Below are positions 10,653-23,409 of a stretch of DNA of 64,000 nucleotides, one piece after another. Position numbers and translations under genes: made by a program. Below the pieces are notes generated by a model, which was not told the origin of the DNA, made no database searches, and saw only the letters and a program-made list of their open reading frames with translations. Source of the DNA: Octopus vulgaris. Its lineage: Eukaryota. The stretch covers positions 15,190,001-15,254,000 of the forward strand of contig OX597838.1 of the NCBI GenBank assembly GCA_951406725.2. The letters run 5' to 3'. The first letter of the stretch is position 1. Each line of letters opens with the position of its first letter.

Positions 10653-11646
10653 CATCCATTTCATTCCCTACTACCATCCTGCTTTTCAATGATAGAGTAA
10701 TTTCTGCCCTTCTCAGGGTTTCAGGCTATCACTGTGATCCTGGCAGAGTGGCTAACAGGTGCTATGCATTGCCAAGGGGCAATCTTGGGCCACTTTATGT
10801 TGTTCAGGATTTCTTATTGAATATTTGCAACTAAAAATGCATACCAGCCTCACCTCTTCATGCCCTCCGATGTCATCCAAAGGGGCCAATACAGCTTGGC
10901 ACCAGTGATGTCGCTACTCGTTTCTATAGATGAGTGAAACTGGAGCAATGTGAAATAAAGTGTCTTGCTCAAGAACACAACACACACCCCAGTCCAGGAA
11001 TTGAACTTACTCCTTCATGATTATGAGCCCAACACTCTAACCACTGAGCCATGCGCCTTAGAAGCCATTCCTCTATCCTCAAACTAGGGATCTCAATTGA
11101 TGGATGATTTCATCACCACCCCATAAACAACAACAACAACAAAACAGACAAACAACAACAACCTGAAATAAAGTGCTTCAGCACAATTTCCATGAACAGA
11201 ATTTCGTTTTTCGTTCACAAGGCACCATAGCCAAAGCCTGAATCACTTGCTCCAAAATGCCACATTATTGAATTGTACGTGGGACAGCATGGCTGTGTAG
11301 CAAATTTAACTATACAGTCATGCATTCAGCAATAAAATGTATTCGTTGTTGGTTAAATATTTTTAAATCCCACACATATTTTCTTTTCTTCTTTTTAACT
11401 TTTGGTGGCGGTGGTGGTGGTGAGGGGGGCAGATTCCGGATTTCAGTGGGGTATGTCATGTAGAAAGCAGCCAATGAAAAAAGAAAAAAAAACTTCTACA
11501 TAAACCAGTTGACCTAGTAATTCACCAAAGCAGATATAAAATCCAATTATGTTTACTAGAAAGAGTCTTAGAGATATTGTCAAGCCCACAACGTATGTTA
11601 CACAGAAAGTTATCTCCTATACTTATACATACAGCCATACTCTCTC

Positions 11647-11695
<49 letters not shown>

Positions 11696-12063
11696 CATGC
11701 ATATATATACACATGTGCTCACATATGTGCACATACACATACACACACATGTACATGCATACATACACATCTACTCACATACATGCACACATATACACAC
11801 ATACATTTCTATCTATTTATATGCATAAGTTTGTGCATGTGTTTTTTCTATATACATAACTTACATAGATATATATTAAATATGTATGTGATATAATATA
11901 AGGTAATATAGGATAAATATTGTGTAGATTTACTAAACACACAGGCATACAGTATTGCTTTTTCATATATCATTCATGTATATACATGCATGTAATATTA
12001 ATTTGCTATACATTCTGACATACAAGGCGTATATCAGTAGTGCAAGAATATGATAGCTATTTA

Positions 12064-12133
<70 letters not shown>

Positions 12134-12270
12134 ACACATATGCGCACATGCATTCACATGTAATAACATTGATTTGCTATAAACCTATAAATATCTACTG
12201 TATACATACAAGGATACTATTTCATATACACAAACACATACACCATTAAATTACTATATACATACATGCA

Positions 12271-13729
12271 TTTGGTCATCCCATAAATAATGCTGTTTAT
12301 TTCAATTGCATGGACTAAAAGTCGGAAGGGGACAGGATAAACTACCTGCATCAACTTGCTATAAAAGCAGGTGGTAATTTTACCTTGGACTTATTCTTAG
12401 TGAAAGTTTTGAAGAGTGCAGTTCGATTTTAACAGTTATTTTTCAAAGCTATAATGGAAGTAACAGAGGAGCATATTTGGCATATTTTGCTTTGTGAGTT
12501 CAATGGAGGCAACAACGCAACAGAAAGTGTGAGAAATATTAATGCAGTATATGGGGATCAGACAATAAGCATAAGCCAATATCAACGGTGGTTTCAAAAA
12601 TTCTGAGCTAGAAACTACAGCCTAGAAGACAAGCCTCATCCTGAAAGATCTGTTGTGCTCAACGAGGACATCCTGCAAACCTTGGTGGAACAAAATCCAA
12701 TTGTTACTGTTGAGGAAAAAGCAGAGAAAAGTCAGTAAATTAGGTGAATGGGTTCCTTACAAACTTTCCAAATCTAATCACGTGCAGACAGTGAATGTGT
12801 GCACTTCTTTGCAGTCACGTCTCAAAAATGAACCTCTTTTGGACCGAACAGTGACTGGTGATGAGAAATGGGTTCTCTATAAGAATGCCAAGTACCAAAG
12901 ACTGGGTAGGGAAAGGAGAAACACTGGCACCTCAGGCTAAAGAAGGTCTTCACCCACATAAGGTGTTGTTATCTGTTTGGTGAGATATGAAAGGTTTAGT
13001 CCACTTTGAACTTTTAACCCTTTAGTGTTTAAACCAGCCATATCCAGCCCAAATATTCTAAATGTTTTATATTCAAACTGGCGATATCTAGTTTCTCACA
13101 CTTAACCTACAATGTCATGCTAAAAATAAACAATCACCTCACTGAAGCCTCAAAGCTATAAGATAATGCATGATTAATTCAAAATAATTTGAACAGATAA
13201 ATATTATATTTAACAGAGTAATCTGAATACTAAAGAGTTAAACCCAAACCAAACGATAACAAAGGAAATCTACTGTAAGCAGCTTGAGAGGCTTAAGTCA
13301 GCACTAGAAGAAAGATGACCATTTTTGGTTTCAAGACGAAAGCTGTTCTTCCATATCAGGTTAATGCTCGGCCACATACAGCGAGGATAACATTCCAAAG
13401 GCTGGAACAGTTTGAATGGGAAACAATGCCCCCACCCACCATATTTGTTGGACATTTCCCCCATCTGATTATCATTTATTCCACAGTCTTCAAAATCATT
13501 TGGATAGAAAACAATATGAATTTTGTAAATGAGATCAGAACAGTATTGGAGGGGTATTTTTCATCATGGACAAGTGAATTTTAGAAGAGGGGCCTTGCAT
13601 GTCTATATGGGAGAGCATTGTAGAAAATGAAGGAGAATATATTTTAGATTAAAAAAGAACTTTGTTTATCTTAATTTTGTAAAACTAAAAGAAGTATAAA
13701 AAACCCGCATTATTTGTGGGATGACCCAA
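12271..13729 (+). mobile_element. Degenerate near full-length mariner (Tc1/mariner) DNA transposon
   Basis: Inverted termini ttggtcatcccataaataatgc / gcattatttgtgggatgacccaa. The broken transposase starts at ATG 12454 (MEVTEEHIWHILLCEF...RWFQKF*), with WVPYKL, VTGDEKWVLY and NARPHTA motifs, stops and frameshifts. Confidence 0.92.
13018..13237. mobile_element. piggyBac-type MITE inserted in the mariner
   Basis: TTAA on both sides, termini CCCTTTAGTGTT / AATACTAAAGAG. Same family at 44354-44574 and partially at about 47264-47375. Confidence 0.8.
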
Positions 13730-13868
13730 TATATAGTAACGGTGATGCCCCAGCATGACCATAGCTTTAAAGCTGAAACAAGTTAAAGAGTTATACATAT
13801 AAATAATAAACACTATAAACATCCTAGGATATAGTTTGATAAATCCACACACACACAATGTTTAAATA

Positions 13869-13904
<36 letters not shown>

Positions 13905-14368
13905 CATGTATATATGTATGTATGTATGTATGTACGTATGCATGTTTGTAAGTTAACACGTGTATATATAGGAAATTCTTCTGAACTATATATATGTGTG
14001 TGTGTATGTATATATATATGTGTGTGTATGTATATATATATATATATATATATATTTACGTACAATATTAGCTTTTACACCTATATGTGTAATATTAAAT
14101 AAGGAAGTAAATTTCTTAAGACAGTTTTTTTTTACATTTGCTTTCCTATGATCTCTGCAACCTACCTTATCTCTCTCTTTCTCTATCACTCCCTCTCCCC
14201 ACTCTCTTTCTCCTTCTCTCCCACCCCCTCTTTTTCTCTCTTCACCTCTTCCTCTTTTTCTTGTTATTACACATACAAATATAATTTATTCAATCACTCC
14301 CCTGAATGTAGCTTCTTCTATCTGCTTTGATAATCTAACAAACACTTTAAAGATATACCTGACTTAAA

Positions 14369-14407
14369 ATGTCGGACGCAGAATTCCGGTTAAACTTAGA
14401 GATCGCG
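14369..14407 (+). CDS. USH1C: Harmonin-like gene, probable coding exon 1 (MSDAEFRLNLEIA)
   Basis: ATG at 14369, 13 codons, then GTAAGC donor at 14408 in phase 0, matching the phase-0 start of the next exon. Size and position resemble the short first coding exon of vertebrate harmonin (MDRKVAREFRHK), but sequence similarity is weak. Confidence 0.6.
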
Positions 14408-14478
14408 GTAAGCAAACAATTTAGCTTTCCTCACTTTTTTTTCACCTTCTCTCACCTTTTTACATCATTCAGTTTTTA

Positions 14479-14538
<60 letters not shown>

Positions 14539-15721
14539 TCTTCAAACAAAGTTTGGGATAAACAATAGGTAGAACAAGCATAGCTGAAGTTGTTCTTTTC
14601 TTAAATACAAAAATAAATGGAAAAGAAGGTTGTGTTTAGCTACAAAATATTTCAGTTCGGATTGATTTGTTTTACCATTAACGAAAAACAAATATTCACT
14701 TTGGAGCCTGGCCCTTTATTCGTCAGAGACAAAAAAAAAAAAAAAACGTTTGCTTCCTTTCTTTTCCCAAATTTCAGACATAGAGACAAACCTTCAAAAT
14801 ATTTCCTTTTTATATTCAAAAAACTTCACATAACTACTATTTCCCTGAACTTTCTTTCCTGATGAAAACATGCATTAGGAACTCTACCAACCATTACTAG
14901 TTCATTTAGGCGGCGAGCTGGCAGAAACGTTAGCGCCTCGAGTGAAATGCTTAGCGGTATTTCGTCTGCCGCTACATTCTGAGTTCGAATTCCGCCGAGG
15001 TCGACTTTGCCTTTCATCCTTTCGGGGTCGATAAATAAAGTACCGGTTACGCACTGGGGTCGATGTCATCGACTTAATCCGTTTGTCTGTCCTTGTTTGT
15101 CTCCTCTATGTTTAGCCCCTTGTGGGCAGTAAAGAAATAATTACTAGTTCATATTGTACCAAATTCTGTTTACTCTCATATTGGCCCAAATATTTATTTG
15201 TAAGTAATGTACCAACCTCTGTTAGTACATGCCATCTTTTATTTTTTACTTGTTTCGGTCATTAGACTTGCAGCCATACTGGAGCAACACCTTGAAAAAT
15301 TTTTAGTTGAATGAATGAATGAATCGACTCCCACCCCACCCCAGTACTTATTTTGTTGTTGTTTTTTATTTTAAAAAGCCTGATACTTATTCTATCAATC
15401 TCTTTTGCTGAATTACTAAGTTACATGGATGTAAAGATATCAACACTTGTCAGGTGGTGATGTGGACAAACACAGACTCAAAGACACAAACATACATATG
15501 TGTGTATGTATGTATATATATATATACATACATACACACATTAAGGGATGTGAGAGTCCTAGTTCTCTGGGTTATACCAGAGTTCATTTTCTCATTCATA
15601 TATACACACACACATATATATATATATATATTAAAGTTAGATAAGGGTGGTTTCTAACTTTAATATATACTGCTCTATAACTTACAGTGTACTTCTTTTT
15701 TCAGATTTATGTAAACAGATG

Positions 15722-16250
<529 letters not shown>

Positions 16251-17782
16251 GACCAGCTATTGGGGTCTGACAAGACATTTATAAAGCCAAGCATTTTATG
16301 GACGCAAAATCTTGGAAACCCTATGAATCAGCCCTAACTATCTTTATCTAAATATAAATTCAGGGTGAATACTTGATAAATGTAAGCACCTGTATATGCC
16401 AGCTAGTGGCAGAGGTGAGAGGATATATTTGCGTCCTGTTTTTTATTTTATTTGATACATTTATCTAAATATATATATATATGTGGCCGTTGCCAGCGCC
16501 GCCCCGACTGGCCTTGTGCCAGTGGCATGTAAAAAGCACCATCCGTTCGTGGCCGTTGCCAGCCTCGCCTGGCCCCCGTGCCGGTGGCACATAAAAAGCA
16601 CCATCCGATTATGGCCGTTTGCCAGACTCGTCTGGCACGTAAAAAGCACCCACTACACTCATGGAGTGGTTGGCGTTAGGAAGGGCATCCAGCCGTAGAA
16701 ACATTGCCAGATCAAACTGGGCCTGGTGCAGCCTTCTGGCTTCCCAGACCCCAGTTGAACCATCCAACCCATGCTAGCACGGAAAGCGGACGCTAAACGA
16801 TGATGATGATGATGATATATATATATATAGGACAGGCTTCTTTGAGTTTCCATCACAAGCCTTTGGTCTGGCGAATCTATAGTAGAAGACACAAGCCCAA
16901 GGTATCATGCAGTGGGACTGCATCTGGTATGCCCACAACACCAGCTGCAGTCTGTATATGATATACATACTGTTGTAGTCAAAGTACTCTTCATCTAGTT
17001 TCTCTCAATGATTTGTAGTCATTTTATTTTCTAACCAACTGCAACACAGTGTGGCTTTAATACTTAACCGATGAGAAGGCTGGGACAAATTTTGTCTTGA
17101 TAGTTACTTAGGGGTGTTTATTGATAAATTAACTATCAAGTACTATGTATTAATTCACTCCACTTCTCTCTCTCTCTCTTTCAACTGGTGACCTTGTGCT
17201 TTTATTGTCAAAGTCAGTATTACCTTTCACTTCCTTCCCTTGTGGTGCAGGGAATGATAAATTAAGTTGCTGTCAAAAACAATGCAGTGACTTGTCCCCG
17301 GAGCCACAGAAATATGTTACAGGCATGGCTGCATGGTTAAAGAGTTTGCTTTTCAGCCACATGGTTCCAGGTTCAGTGCCACTGCATAGCAACTTGGGCA
17401 AGTATCTTCAAGTATAAGCTCTGGATTGACCGAGAGCCTTGTGATTGGATTTTGTAGGTGGAAACTGAAAGAAGCCTGTAGTGTGTGTGTGTGTGCACAC
17501 GCTTGTGTGTGTGTGTGCATGTGCATGTGTGTCACCTTGACATGTCATTGTGGGATTGTTGTAAACAAATGTCATTTATTTCCAAAATTTTGCAAAAACA
17601 CTATCTTGCTTGGGGAGAGGTGAGGGTTGGCAACAAAGTGTAGAAAATCTGTCTCAATAAACTCCTTCTGACCCATGCAAGCACAGAAAAGTGGATGTTA
17701 AGCTGTGGGAGTGGGGGTGATGTTATGCCTGTAAGCTATCCTGTTCCATTTGTGGACCTGCCTAGCAATGATTGAGATTTGT

Positions 17783-17839
<57 letters not shown>

Positions 17840-17857
17840 CCGTCCTTGTTTTGTATA

Positions 17858-18001
17858 CATTCGAGGCTTTCTTCCAAGGAATCTAATGCGCTTGGCTTAG
17901 ATTTTCCTTTGGGGCTGCCCAGGTCGGAGCAATCTCAAGATTAATCAGCCGAAATTGCGAAGATGATCCGGTTCTTGACTGAAGATTGAAGGCTTCGAAT
18001 G
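17858..18001 (+). ncRNA. Candidate non-circularly permuted hammerhead ribozyme inside a (TA)n-embedded repeat (17838-18075)
   Basis: GCAA-TC-TCAAGA (17929-40), CAGCC-GAAA-TTGC (17946-58) and TCTTGA-CTGAAGA (17973-85) supply stems III and I and the full core in reversed strand order. GGCTG (17913-17) can pair with CAGCC as stem II. A 14-bp closing helix pairs 17858-71 with 17988-18001. Confidence 0.55.
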
Positions 18002-18074
18002 TCCCGTCCGTGTTTTTTGTGTCGTCTTCTAAATGTTTCACATTCTTGTCCCAGTTTGTATATTTTTTTACTTT

Positions 18075-18112
<38 letters not shown>

Positions 18113-18529
18113 CAAAATGGGAGGACAAGAACACAAAACATCTGGACAGCTAGGTGATACAAAAAGGGACAACAAAACATCCAGATAGACGATACAAAAA
18201 AAACAAGGACTGGTCATTCGAAGCCCTCTATCCTCAGTCAAGCACTGAAACTGGCTCTGGCACTGAGTACAAATGTCTTGTTTTTATAAGTTTTGAATTA
18301 AAATCTTGCACCAAACCTTAGTCACAGTTTATGTTCCTAACACTAGCTTAATGATAACTAAGTTATTTTACTAAATTTCTTGTTATATTTAAAGTAATTG
18401 AAAGAAACACAGAGCATCTCAAAATAAATACAGTAACGAAAGGGTTAATGTTGTCTTTGAGTGGGAAATATACGAGCAAAGGGGGAGAATTCAGAGGACC
18501 AATATTTTGGGAAAAAAGGACTGGACAAT

Positions 18530-18890
18530 AATTAGTGAGGGGCCTAGGGGGTTAAGCACAAAAAAAGTGATGAGATAAGGTAAGACATATAAGTTGGGAA
18601 TGCTTGAGTGAGGTGACATGAGTCCAGAAGTAGAGGCCATTATAGTATCAGTTCAAAAAGTAGAGAGAGGAGACTGCACACCTGTGGTGTAGGGGTTAGA
18701 GCACGGCTGGAGAGCGACTTTATGTCAGTCGTTCAGAGGGTTCTTTTTAAGGGTTTTGGATGCAGTCTAAGATGTCCGTATATTCCACCATGGCACTGTG
18801 CAGATGTGAGTGCAATACTTCATTATTGTCCTCACTTAGGCTTTGCAAGGCAGCGATAATTGTTCGAGATATGTTCTGGCCATTGAAGAG
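18530..18890 (-). mobile_element. Possible highly decayed Penelope-like ORF end
   Basis: Frameshifted relic resembling the ILSRA-x-PY...CxLC region downstream of a GIY-YIG domain. Judged by eye only. Confidence 0.3.
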
Positions 18891-18913
18891 AAGGACCAAC
18901 CAGGGATTCTAGT

Positions 18914-19235
18914 CAGGGCCAGATTAAGTCCCTTAGAGGCCCTAAGCGCTTAAAAGATTTTGGTTCCCCCATATGTATATGTAATTCGAAATATAAACAA
19001 TAATAAACCTTAAAACACATTTATATTTTTCTTAATTAAACAAAACGCAGGAGTGGCTGTGTAAGTAGCCTGCTTACCAACCACATGGTTCTGGGTTCAG
19101 TCCCACTGCGTGGCACTTTGGGCAGCCAACCAAAGCTTTATGAGTGGATTTGGTAGACGGAAACTGAAAGAAGCCCATCGTGTGTGTGTGTGTGTGTGCG
19201 TGTGTGTGTGTCTGTGTGTGTGTGTGTGCGTGTGT

Positions 19236-19272
<37 letters not shown>

Positions 19273-19747
19273 TCCTCCAACATCGCGTGTCAACTGATAC
19301 TGGTGTGTTTGCATCCCCGTAACTTAGCGGTTCAGCAAAAGAGACCGTTAGAATAAGTACTGGGCTTACAAAGACTAAGTCCTGGTGTTGATTTGCTCGA
19401 CTAAAGGCGGTGCTCCAGCATGGCTGCAGTCAAATGACTGAAACAAGTAAAAGACTAAAAGAATAAGACTAACAGTAAGATGGAAAATAATGCTTATTTC
19501 TGGATACTTCCATTTCATTTATATTTGGTAAGTTTTCCCCTAATTCGTTTGATCAGACCCTCACTATGACACTATAAACACTTTGAAATTATATTTCCTA
19601 TCATATAGATCACTTTGAATATTCTTTTAGCAAGTTTAAAGTGATTTCTTTTGTGCTGTAGACCATTTACCATTTCTTTGGTGCCCCACTCCTTCCCTTG
19701 ATCTTCTAAGCACATACTTATTTTACTTAAAGGTTCATCCAGCACTG
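18914..19747. mobile_element. Non-autonomous hAT-like element containing a SINE insertion
   Basis: Termini CAGGGCCAGATTAA / TTCATCCAGCACTG, with degenerate 8-bp flanks ATTCTAGT / GTCCTAGT. Confidence 0.55.
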
Positions 19748-22314
19748 GTCCTAGTTAGGATGTGCTTTTAGCATGGGTGATCCTTGGTTATAGTAAGATC
19801 CATTTAAAAAATCAATGTCTGTTGGAAAGAAAACTGGGCAGAGAAAAGAGATATACTAGAGAGTTGGTGCTCTGCAGAGGAAAAGTTGATTTTAAAAAAT
19901 GTTGCTGATATGAAGATGTGAAACACATTTCAAAAAAAATATAACATAAGACTTTGGAATCATCATCATCATCATCATCATCATAGTTTTCCTTTAACGT
20001 CCATTTTCCATACTGGCATGGGTTGGACAGTTTGACCAGACCTGTCAAGCAGGAGAGCTGCACCTGGTTCTAGTCTGATTTGGCTTGGGTTCTACAACTG
20101 GATGTCCTTCCAAATGCCAACCACTTTACGGTGTGTGCTAGGTGATTTTTAACGTGGCACCAGCATGAGCACTTTTACTCTGTGCCAAAATGAGTGCTTT
20201 TTATGTGGCACTGGCACAAGACATTTACAGGCCAATCTTCTTCAGTTTTGGGATATTTGGATGTTTGAAAGTTTGACTACATGTCAGTATTTCTCATTAT
20301 GAATAAATCTATTTAGAACTGCATTATCTAATGTATCCTATTTCAAAATCGAAATTGATTAACATCAATGGAAATTGTAGCTGTGATACCAGTGCCGGTG
20401 GCACATAAGAGTACCATCCGAAGGTGGCCATTGCCAGCGCCGCCCTGACTGGCCCCTGTGCTGGTGGCACGTAAAATACACCATCCAATCATGGCCGTTT
20501 GCCAGCCTCGTCTGGCACCTGTGCAGGTGGCACGTAAAAAGCACCCACTACACTCATGAAGTGGTTGGCATGTTAGGAAGGGCATCCAGCTGTAGAAACA
20601 CTACCAGATCAGACTGGGCCTGGTGCAGCTTTCTGGCTTCCCAGACCCCAGTTGAACCGTCTAACCCATGCTAGCATGGAAAACGTACGTTAAACGATGA
20701 TGATGATGATGATGATGACATTATATATCTTGAATTAAACTAGCTAATGTGCCTTCCCACCTGTTTTTTTTATTCATCCTTCATAGTCCATTGATCTCCG
20801 ATGAAGATGGAGTCTGTGTCTCAGCAGTCAGCGATGAGAATGCATGTGGCTCTGCAGCCTAAAGCCAGAAGCACACAGGCACCTACCGGTTGGACACAGG
20901 TAGTCTGTGGTCAGGACTGAGGATGAAAACTATGTTACACATCAACACTGATAAAAGCCCACAGCCCTTAATATCAGCATGCTCCGCTCTTCACAGTAAT
21001 CATCCAATTAACACCCAAAGAAATCTCCTGAAATTACCGATACCAATAGTACTAACATACTCTCTTTTCACTCTCTCTTTTACTCTTTTACTTGTTTCAG
21101 TCATTTGACTGCGGCCATGCTGGAGCACCACCTTTAATCGAGCAACTCGACCCCGGGACTTATTATTTGTAAGCCTAGTACTTATTCTATCGGTTTCTTT
21201 TGCCGAACCACTAAGTGACAGGGGCATAAACACACCAGCATCGGTTGTCAAGCGATGTTGGATGGGACAAACACAGACACACAAACATACATGCACACAT
21301 ATATATATATATACATATATACGACGGGCTTCTTTCAGTTTCCGTCTACCAAATCCACTCACAAGGCTTTGGTCAGCCCGAGGCTATACTAGAAGACACT
21401 TGTCCAAGGTGCCACGCAGTGGGACTGAACCCGGAACCATGTGGTTGGTAAACAAGCTACTTACCACACAGCCACTCCTACGCCTAGACACTAATTCCTT
21501 TAGATTCTAGATCTCACCCTGAACTTATACAATTTATCCTTCCTAGCTTTTGCTATGCAGTTGTTTGTGATTGAATAGAGTTTTGGCTGCTCTTTCTTGC
21601 AGAGGTTCCTTTATTGGTGTCTGGTTGAAAAAACAAAAAAAAAACCTTTGTTCTTGTGATTGTAACTAACCATGGAAAGATTAACTATTACAACACATAC
21701 GACACCTTTCTTATCTTATCTCCCGTCTTATTGTGCTCTACTTTACTGAGGATAACGCCTGTTCAAATAGCAACCAAATCATTTCTCTTTAATCTATGTA
21801 TTGAGACTCGGCGACGTACTTATACATATACACATGCACTAGACGTACACACACACACTCGTACGTTCAGAAACACAGGCCTTAAGATAAGATTTGTTGA
21901 AAACTATATATTGTATCGAATAAGCTTTCTTTTACAGGCTGGCTGTAAAAAAAAGACAATCTGACCATGACCATCAAATCTGTTTGTATTTCTTGAATCT
22001 GTTTGTATTTTTTAAAAACTTTTAGCACTTCATGGCTTTTGAACTACATAGCTTCTCTATGGTTCAACCGACATGCTAAAATAGCATCCAAATTTTCCTC
22101 CAAATTACCTTATAATGTCTTAAAAAGGAAAAGGATATATTGGACAAAGCAAACATGAGTGGCTGTGTGGTATGTAGCTTGCTTACCAACCACATGGTTC
22201 AGGGTTCAGTCCCACTGCGTGGCACCTTGGGCAAGTGTCTTCTGCTATAGCCCCGGGCTGACCAAAGCCTTGTGAGTGGATTTAGTAGACGGAAACTGAA
22301 AGAAGCCCGTCGTA

Positions 22315-22361
<47 letters not shown>

Positions 22362-23199
22362 TTGTGTGTCTGTGTTTGTCCCCCCAGCATTGTTTGACAA
22401 CCGATGCTGGTGTGTTTATGTCCCCGTCACTTAGCGGTTCGGCAAAAGAGACCGATAGAATAAGTACTGGGCTTACAAAGAATAAGTCCTGGGGTCGAGT
22501 TGCTCGATTAAAGGCGGTGCTCCAGCATGGCCACAGTCAAATGACTGAAACAAGTAAAAGAGTAAAGAGTATGTTAACCATATAGCCTTTATGTGGATCA
22601 ATCGACATGCTAGAAATAGCAGCTCAATCGCCCCTGCCACCAAATCACTTTATAGTGTCTTAAAAACGAAAGGACACATTGAATAAAGTGGTTCTAGATA
22701 CAATTTATCAATCATGAAATAAAAACAGACTTGATGGTCATGATCAGATTGTCTTTTTTGTGTGTGTGTGTGTGTGTGGCAGCAAAGCTAACTTGTTAAC
22801 CAGATAGCCTCTATATGGATCGATCGATACGCTAGAAATAGCACCCAAATCCCTCCCCTCACTCTCCGAATTACTATAATGTCTTAAGGAAAGCACACAT
22901 TGGATATTTCAAGAAATACAAACAGATTTGATGGTCATGGTTATATTCTCTTTGTTTTACAGCCAGCCTGTGTTTACAATTGATACACTCTTTTATACTT
23001 CAAATTGTTTCAGTTACTAGACTGCGGTCATACTGGGGCATTGATTTGAAAGGTTTTAGGTCAATCATATCCACCCTGGTACTTACTTCTAAGTTTGGTA
23101 TTTATTTTATCAGTTTCTGTTTATCACACTGCTATGTTACAGGATATAAACCACAATGACAGTGTCTTTTCAAGCAGTGTCAGCATAAAGACAAGCATA

Positions 23200-23253
<54 letters not shown>

Positions 23254-23409
23254 TACACACATGCAAGCACAGAAACATACACACTCATACATGCAAACAC
23301 GCAAGCATACACACATGCATGTACACACACACACAGGTGCACATGCACATATCCACATATACCCACATATCCACACATGTCCATTTACTCGTTTGAATTT
23401 TCAGTGGCT

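Noticed and set aside
12454-13650. Active or domesticated mariner transposase
   Set aside because: Multiple stops, frameshifts, a deletion and a MITE insertion.
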